Of a stretch of 64,000 nt of DNA, positions 56,317 to 64,000 are shown piece after piece. The stretch spans positions 27,714,001 to 27,778,000 of the forward strand of contig OX597826.1 in NCBI GenBank assembly GCA_951406725.2. The letters run 5' to 3'. The position numbers and the translations under genes were made by a program. The notes beneath the pieces were generated by a model that was not told the DNA's origin, ran no database searches, and saw only the letters and a list, made by a program, of their open reading frames with translations. Each line of letters opens with the position of its first letter. Positions within the stretch are counted from its first letter, which is position 1. This stretch comes from Octopus vulgaris (taxonomy: Eukaryota).

Positions 56317-56702
56317 TCTCTCTATATATAAACGGCAGTTTGTCTGTATGTGTTTCTGTGTGTCTGTTTAGTTGTACCCTCACCCTGACCACGGCTTTCA
56401 ACCGATTCTGATGAAACTTGACCCACACATAGCCCAATGTCATAATTAAAAACTAACGCAGCGAAAATTTTGAAAAGTTCCCCCAGTTCTGAAAAAAAAT
56501 CGATAAATTCGACATGGGGTCGAGAATCAGAAACACAAACCACAGACTGTCTAGGGGACGCAACTCGATCTTTTTTAACTCTCAAAAAAAATTTACCATC
56601 ATTTTTTTCCCATTTTTTCGCTATTGTTTGGCTATAACTCTCTAAAAATGCTTTATAGTTATTTCCCTTACAAACCTGAGCAACGCCGGGCGATACTGAT
56701 AG
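56317..56702 (+). mobile_element. Non-autonomous Helitron
   Basis: 5' A|TCTCTCTATATATAAA followed by GTCTGT/GTGT repeats. The 3' end CCTGAGCAACGCCGGGCGATACTG-ATAG|T has a subterminal hairpin and CTAG-like end, similar to the 60933 terminus. Confidence 0.7.
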
Positions 56703-56714
56703 TGTATATATACA

Positions 56715-57678
56715 TGCATTTATGGGTACAGGACAACGCGAACAAATTGAGAAACGAGAACATCAAAAACAAAAACATAGACAACGAACTTTTTTCGAAC
56801 AACGAAATAAATAAATAGAGAAACGAGACAGGTAACATAAAAACATTCCCTTCATCAGTTGTCCCTTGTTTTATCTACTCCGCGTTCGAAGGTAAGGACA
56901 AGATGCGACTTCGTTAAAACAATCCCTCCCGCAAAGCAAATTGAATAAAATTTGGGATTTTTAGCGGAGGGTTAAAGTGGTAACAAAAACGGGACAGTAA
57001 GAACAAAACAGTAAAAGCAAACAGTGTGGTCTTTTAAGCCAAGACGATCTGAACTGGTGAACGCTGGAAAAACGAGCTTAGGAAAGAGACAGGCAAAAGA
57101 GTGCCTTGTCTTTAGGAAGGAAGTGAAAGAAAGATGAATAGCCGTTGGTCACGTATGAGCAACGAGAGAGTCAAGGAGAAAGAGTGAGAAAGGGAGTGGG
57201 GAACGGTTACGGGGAGAGGAGAAAAATAGGCAACCGATGGGAAAGAAAAAGAGAAAGGAAGAAGAACAAGAGAGAGATACATAGAAATAATAGGGAGGGA
57301 TAAAGTGCGCATCGGAATAATAAATATAAAACTTACTTGAAAAAGGATGCGTGGCGTTCGATCATATAATAATATAATATATAAATATATGTATATATAC
57401 ACACATATATGCACATATCTACATGCATATATGGGTACAGGACATCAAAAAACGTCATCAAAATGAGAAAAAAAAGATAAAAACAAAAGTATAGAAAACG
57501 AACTTTGGAACAAAAACGTAATAGAGGACAATAAAACATTCGGACAGATAGACGATACAAGAAGGACAAGAGAAACAGCAATTAGAAGGACAGGGGAAAA
57601 AAAGACGGGTTATTCGTGGCCTTCTTTCATCAGTCAAGTAGCAGAAGTCACGACTGTTTCGGGCAGTCACACTCCTCA
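56715..57678 (-). mobile_element. Non-coding element(s) with diverged direct repeats, probably of the same pseudo-LTR class
   Basis: ATGGGTACAGGACA at about 56722 and 57431, each followed 130-190 nt later by TTCATCAGT (CTGATGA on minus). Purine-rich interior with TA-rich flanks. Confidence 0.45.
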
Positions 57679-57680
57679 TA

Positions 57681-57758
<78 letters not shown>

Positions 57759-57791
57759 TGTATGTATGTATGTATGTATGTATGTATGTAC

Positions 57792-57854
<63 letters not shown>

Positions 57855-58661
57855 CATATATATATGTATATATATATATGAAAATACATACATAAAACAA
57901 AACATACAAATCTGCTGATATACGTATGTATGTATGTATTATGTATGTATTACATTAGTGTGTACATGTATGTATTTGCGAGTACCAGTGTCTGCGTATG
58001 TACGTGTGCTTCTACATATTTATGTCAGTTGATTTTAATTCATTTATAAGAAATGTAACTGAAACAAATTCAATTTCATCATTGATCGCGCTGGGAAAAC
58101 ATAATGAAGAATCGAATACGGTCGAACGTGAGTTTTCTTAACTGAACTCAAGAGACTCTAATACAACCGTGTGTTTGTTTTTGCATGAAATGCGCGTGTA
58201 GAAGTGCTCTTGCAGACACGTATTGTTGACTATATATCGTTGCTATTAAGTTAAACTGTCGTATGTCCAAATTTGGCCAAATGCGTTTAATTCAATGTTT
58301 ATTTTTGGTCGCAACAGCTAGTCATTTTGGTCAAACTATCGTATCTCCAGCTGCTTCAGCTGCCAAGATATCAAAAATCGTCAAAGTATGGTACACCGGT
58401 TTGGCTATGGAATGGCGAAATTATTCTTTCGTTTTCTGAAAAGCAATGTCTTCGACTTACGACACTTTTGCATAATGGCAACAAATATATTTCTCTGAGA
58501 GTTGGATTTCTGTATTTCTCCATGAAAATGCAGTTGCTCACTCCCTCTCTCTCTCACTCTATCTATCTATCTCTCCTTCCCAACACCACTCGCACTATCA
58601 CACATATACATACATAGGTACATATTTGTGTGTGTGCGTATGTGTACGTGTGTATGAGTGA

Positions 58662-58994
58662 AGGCTCATGGCTCAGTGTTTAGAGCGTTTAGCTTACGAT
58701 CATGAATTTGGGTGATTTCGTCCTTCGGACCAGACTGCGTATTGTGCTTTTGAGCAAGATACTTTATTTCACGTTGCTCCAGTTCACTCAGCTGTAGAAA
58801 TGAGTTGCGACATCACTTGTGCCAAGCTGTATTGGTCTTTGCCTTTCTCTTGGATAATATTGGTAGTGGGAAGAGGGGAGGCTTGTTTGCATGGGCGACT
58901 GCTGGTCTTCCATAAACAACTTTGCTCAGACTTGTTCCTCGGAGGGTAACTTTCTAGGTGCAATCCCATAGTTATTCATGACCGAAAGGGATCA

Positions 58995-58997
<3 letters not shown>
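58662..58997 (+). mobile_element. tRNA-derived SINE family C
   Basis: GGCTCATGGCTCAGTGTTTAGAGCG head and TTGAGCAAGATACTTTA..GCTCCAGTTCACTCAGCTGTAGAAATGAG central domain. Confidence 0.7.
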
Positions 58998-59055
<58 letters not shown>

Positions 59056-59076
59056 ATATATATATATATATATATG

Positions 59077-59333
59077 AATACAATAAGAGGCTTCCAAATA
59101 GGCAAGCGTTGTCCTAGAAAGAGCAGTAGAAATCCCAAGACCACAAAAAGGGATAAATACACGAAAGGAATAAAAATTAAAAACGTTTACCATCTCAACT
59201 ATGGGAAATAGTTGAGATGGTAAACGTTTTTAATTTTCATTCCTTTCGTGAATTTATCTCTTTTTGTAGTCTTGAGATTTCTACTGCTCTTTCTAGCACA
59301 AGGCTTTCCTATTTGGAAGCCTCTTATTGTATT
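59077..59333. repeat. Imperfect palindrome, 126-bp arms, 5-nt spacer
   Basis: ...CATCTCAACTAT-GGGAA-ATAGTTGAGATG...; about 8 substitutions between arms by eye. The left end abuts (TA)n. Confidence 0.9.
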
Positions 59334-59482
59334 TCTATATGAATAATATATAGTCTAATGACTAATTCCTTTTTTTGTGCTAGGCCACTGGTAATAATAA
59401 TTTATTATTACCCTATTTTATTATGTTTAAATATTTTATTATATATACATATATATATATATATAGATAGATAGATAGATAT

Positions 59483-60730
59483 GTTTCTTTATTAGCCACA
59501 CAGGGCTGCACACAGATAGAACAAATTACAAGGTAGAGCTTTTCTTTTGAAGGTTTAAAAAAAAAAAAAAAAAAGGAAGGGGGAGTTTCGATCAAAAGAG
59601 ATCGTAAAAGGAGAGGAAGAGGACAAAAAAAGGGGGGTTAAAAAAAGGGGGGAGAGGAAAAAAAAATTTGATCAATAGGGATCGTTATCACAGAAATGTC
59701 AATATGAAGTGTAAAGGGGAGGACAGGTGAGGTTTACCCGTGGAAAGAAAAGCCTACGGAAAAGACCACGGTAACCTCGGTCAATGGAGTCACATGTTAT
59801 ATTTCTTTTTTTTTTTTTTTGTGAATAAGCAACTCTCTGTTTTCAATTTCTGGGTTCATAGGATCATGCTCAAGGTGGCTTCGTCATTCATACGTGCCAT
59901 TCTTGCTACATTCACCCATCTTTTTTTAAAACATTCGCTAGACAAAACTTGCCTCTCTACTCTCACTTTCCTTTTCAAGTGGTACTTGAAGAAGTTGATG
60001 AGAGATTGACCAGAGAGGAAAGTGTTTGTCTCCAATCCTTTCAGACGCGTCCACCAGATACATTCTTTCGCCATAGCCACAAGGATGATGAAAATAGTTC
60101 TTCCTTCCCGTTTGAAGGAGGGAGGCGTGACAATATTAACGATAGACTCAGCTGATAAACCGACTCGTCCCACACGTGACAGCAGTTGTTCGACACAAGC
60201 CCACAGGTCGGAAATTGTTGGACACTGCACGAGTGCGTGCAGAACGGTTTCGTCGCTCTGACCGCATCTCGGGCAGGTCGGCCCCGTGTTTCTCGAGCCG
60301 TGTCTGTAGAGCTTATCCCGAACGGGTAGCGCTTCTCGGTAGCACTGCCAGGCCAGGGATCTCTGGAAGTTGTCCATGGGCCCTGGCCCGAAAGTCGTCC
60401 TGAACAGGCGGGTCAGGTACTCCTCGTCGACGTCCAGGTTCGCCCCGAGCTCGTCGTCGTACCTCCCCTCCACTAAACCCCTATAGAATGCTTTGGTTGT
60501 GTTGAAGTCACTCAAGGTCGACCCAGGACGGCAGAGTTGCTTGAGAGCAACGCGACACTCGCGGTGCCATTCGCCCTTCTTCGGCCTCTTTTTGATCCAC
60601 GACTGCAGTTCGGTCATGGAGACGAGCTGCGGGAAAGCGTGCCTCACAAACGGCGACCACACCTGTTCACCGTCGTCTACATAGAGCCAGAGATGTCGCA
60701 GTCTCAGCGCGTGTCTGCGCATCATCAACC

Positions 60731-60731
<1 letters not shown>
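59483..60731 (-). mobile_element. 5'-truncated L1/Tx1-type non-LTR retrotransposon 3' end
   Basis: ORF 59856-60728 encodes an ORF2 C-terminus with an RT zinc-binding motif (W...R.ALPV...[18 protein letters not shown]...W). It is followed on minus by a pyrimidine-rich 3' UTR, AATAAA and (ATCT)n, and is GC-rich relative to its flanks. Confidence 0.85.
59856..60728 (-). CDS. C-terminal fragment of LINE ORF2 (zf-RVT-like CCHC domain)
   Basis: 290-aa open frame with CPRC..ET..H....C motif, truncated at the (GATA)n junction. Confidence 0.75.
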   Translation of the reverse strand: MMMRRHALRLRHLWLYVDDGEQVWSPFVRHAFPQLVSMTELQSWIKKRPKKGEWHRECRVALKQLCRPGSTLSDFNTTKAFYRGLVEGRYDDELGANLDVDEEYLTRLFRTTFGPGPMDNFQRSLAWQCYREALPVRDKLYRHGSRNTGPTCPRCGQSDETVLHALVQCPTISDLWACVEQLLSRVGRVGLSAESIVNIVTPPSFKREGRTIFIILVAMAKECIWWTRLKGLETNTFLSGQSLINFFKYHLKRKVRVERQVLSSECFKKRWVNVARMARMNDEATLSMIL

Positions 60732-60931
<200 letters not shown>

Positions 60932-60932
60932 C

Positions 60933-61990
60933 TAGCAGATATACCTGGCGTTGTCGGCTTAAAGAGAATAATGAAATTTAAAATTGCCGTCTAGATTACG
61001 CAGGTCTCAACTGCTAGTAGCTGAGATACCAACTTTCTACATTAATAACTCTACAACCCATACTAGCATGGAACATATACGCTAAATGAATTGTTAAAAG
61101 AAAGTTTTAAACTCTTATATGTATATAAAGTAAATACACGTAATTTAAAAAAGGTACGGGTTATAAACAACGAAAGGCTGATTTTGGTAATTCCTTTGAC
61201 AGAGATAGTAGAGAGCCAATCCTATGATGTTTGATCTTGGATCGTGAATGTTTACATGAATCCTGGTTCAGTTAAATTTCTTGTGGCTCCAAATGATGTC
61301 ATCTGTAGTGCAGCGGTGTATTGTCTAATCTTGTTTTGGAAGTGTTTGACATCTTGGTCAGTTGATGACAACAGTTCCTTTAATGGCTCTGGAGGTTGAG
61401 GGATTGCAGGGAGTTTAACCTTTCCACCACTGCAGCACAGTGCAGGTGTCTCTCCAGGCCACTTCCTTGCTTTACAATGTTTGCACTTAGTTGTCATTGC
61501 ACCAATAGAAACTCTAGTGTCATCTGCATAATGGACTGCTGGATCATAATTGTAAGCTGATTCATAGACGAGGCTTCTCTGAGCAGTTGCAAATGCTCTT
61601 CATTCTGCAGTAGAGATCCTATTCCTTAACAGCCGTACATATCTCTGTTCATCACTTTGAGATGCTCTGGCTTTTGTAGTGCATAGTCTGTTCATTTCTT
61701 TGCATTCTTCCCTTTCTGCAGTTGTCTCTCTTTTCCTGGACAGAGACATTCGTTTGGCTGACCTTGACATTGTACACAAATTTGACACTTTCATTTTTAC
61801 GCATAGTTATATATGTATACAGAAATACACAGGTGCAGAAGATAATAAACAATGAAAATAACTGGGTAACGGAAATTATATTTCTTAATACGACGGGCAG
61901 AGAGTAAATAAGAAAGGTTGAAGCGAAATTTGCCAGTGAAACAAAGAGCTAGTATCTAAAAGTGAACCAAATAACTAGTATCGAAAAGAG
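60933..61990 (-). mobile_element. Internally deleted Helitron with Rep/Hel N-terminal remnant
   Basis: Minus translation IGAMTTKCKHCKARKWPGETPALCCSGGKVKLP..PPEPLKELL..FQNKIRQY.AALQMTSFG is the typical Helitron N-terminal Zn region. The minus 3' end ..CAACGCCAGGTATATCTG-CTAG|T is at 60933. The 5' boundary is approximate. Confidence 0.8.
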
Positions 61991-62579
61991 CTAGTATCGA
62001 ATTGAAACTGTTCAAAATTGGTAGGCCCCAAAATTCTAAGCTAAAGGTATTTTTGGAAGAAAGCGGACGAATATGTGCGACAATACTAACAAAAAAAAGA
62101 AAACGGAGGAAAAGTTACCTTATTACAAATAAAAGCAACAAGAATAACAACAGGTGTCTTTCGACTAAAATGATACGTTAAGTTAAGCTGGCGGGTGAAG
62201 TGGAAGCCTTACGGCAACAAACATAGATGAAGGTCAGGAGACAGGAAAATAAGGTGTTGTGCAAGCAGTGGTCCGGCTAGAAAGAAAGATCATGCTTGGC
62301 CGAACACCGATCGCGTGGGAAGGAACGAGAGAGGTAGGAGGCAGAGGGATTGAAGAATTAGGGAAGGAACCGGAGAGAGAGAGAGAGAGAGAGAGGAAGG
62401 GACAGGGAAAGGTTCAGGGGAGATGATAGGGAAAGTAGAGAGATTAAAGAGAGAGAATGCCAAAAAAGGAGAGAGAGAGAAAGAGCGAGAAAAAAAAGAG
62501 GAAAGAAAGAAGAAAGTCGTACAGAATTTAGATATATAAGTGTGTGTGCGTGTGTGTGTGTCAAAACAAAGAGGGATTA

Positions 62580-63880
62580 AGAGATCAATAATTCAGGTGA
62601 AATCTGTCATAAGCCTTCTATAGATAATGATCCAGCAGGTTAACAATTATATTTTGTAATCGATGCTGCTTATCCAGATAATTCAAATTGAAAACCTGTC
62701 ACCAATCAAATTTACGAATTCGCGTTCCAGTTACCAAGTTAAATTGATATGAGGCTACAGAGTGATTTAGAAAATACATACAGGTAACAGATTTTATACA
62801 TTTACTGGAGACTTACAAATGTTTCTGATAAGCATGGGAGTGTTTTAGTTTCATGGTTCAATCGTATGACTCGAACGATCCATGGTCGATCGACCGACAA
62901 AATAGAGAAGAATCACCTTTCCTTATTCTTGAACTGACGACCAAAAGAAAGGAATAGTATTATTTGAAAACTGGGTCATGTATTATAAGCAAGTATCTGA
63001 CCAGTATTACATAGGGAAAACTGGGAAAGGGAATGATAGCAAGAGAAAAAATCAAAGAAATGTAGATCTGACCAAAGAAAGCAATGAAATCTGAGACCCT
63101 TTCTATGTCGTTTACAGCTGCTGCAGATAGCCGGGACAGTGAAATAAAGTTTACTGTTAGATTTTGAAATGTTAGTATAGAGGAAGTCGATATATGTTCT
63201 AAATAACTGCAGTTGACAGGTCGAGAATTCGCCAATTATATAAACAGAAAAAAAACAAATAACTATTCGCAATATATTAAGACAATCAGTTTTCAATAAA
63301 TAATAGTGATAGTAGAACCAATAAACAGAGATCATAAAGCAGCTATAAATAAATATAATATGCTAGCAAGAAACAAAAAGAGAAACGTCAATGCACTACT
63401 AGACACCGATGTCGCGGTAATATTTTGCCTCCTCAGTGGTAGACAACAACACGTTCTTTGGATCTAAACGGAAATAAGAGTAACACTCGTAGCGAATGCG
63501 ATATTCGTATATCATCAATAGCGAAAAGTTGTTCTTCAAGGAAAAAACAAAAGCGTAAAGCCGTATTAAACATCGTGTGTGTTAAACAGATGTGCGGATA
63601 TACCCATTATTATCCAATATGGTTTTTAATCCTATCGATGGCTCACTCCAATACACTTAACAATATTTAACATTAAACAATAACCACCTTCTACTATTAG
63701 TTTTATTGATATTATTATCTTTCATTTCGAATCCATCAATGTTAATTAACTTCGTTTTTAGGAGTATCTGAGAAAAAGTCCTTGAGATATGATGCTTACA
63801 TTTGCTCATCACAGTGTGAAGGAACAAAACCCACATCCGGTGAGACATTGAATGTGATTTCGATAAACATTATAATTAAA
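62580..63880 (+). pseudogene. Heavily decayed retroelement remnant, possibly PLE
   Basis: Non-repetitive block with scattered fragments resembling RT thumb and GIY-YIG motifs, with many stops. Confidence 0.3.
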
Positions 63881-63907
63881 ACAAACGTAAATATTTTCCG
63901 AGTACAG

Positions 63908-63950
<43 letters not shown>

Positions 63951-64000
63951 GTCCACGTGTGTGTGTCTGTATCTGCGACAGTGTTGAAGGGGAGGGAGAC

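Overview
AT-rich, microsatellite-saturated eukaryotic DNA with no recognisable host exon. The SINE and transposon content resembles a coleoid cephalopod (octopus-like) genome; this is inference from repeat style only. The one convincing intact gene is a Penelope-like element (PLE) ORF (15812-18337, minus; RT plus C-terminal GIY-YIG endonuclease). The rest is a mosaic of tRNA-derived SINEs, Tc1/mariner remnants and MITEs, Helitron pieces, a 5'-truncated L1/Tx1-type LINE in a (GATA)n tract, and decayed PLE ORFs. The main unexplained structure is a set of non-coding, (TA)n-flanked elements, many forming fold-back inverted repeats (arms about 50 bp to 1.5 kb), that carry type I hammerhead ribozyme (HHR) folds of several unrelated sequence families: 3275, 11193/32115, 20586/24303, 30661/30783, 31201, 31839, 41378 and 44288. 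Several have a non-canonical U4C core (CCGANGA). Together these look like a ribozyme-bearing, non-autonomous retroelement system serviced by PLEs. Folds were done by eye, and repeat boundaries are approximate.
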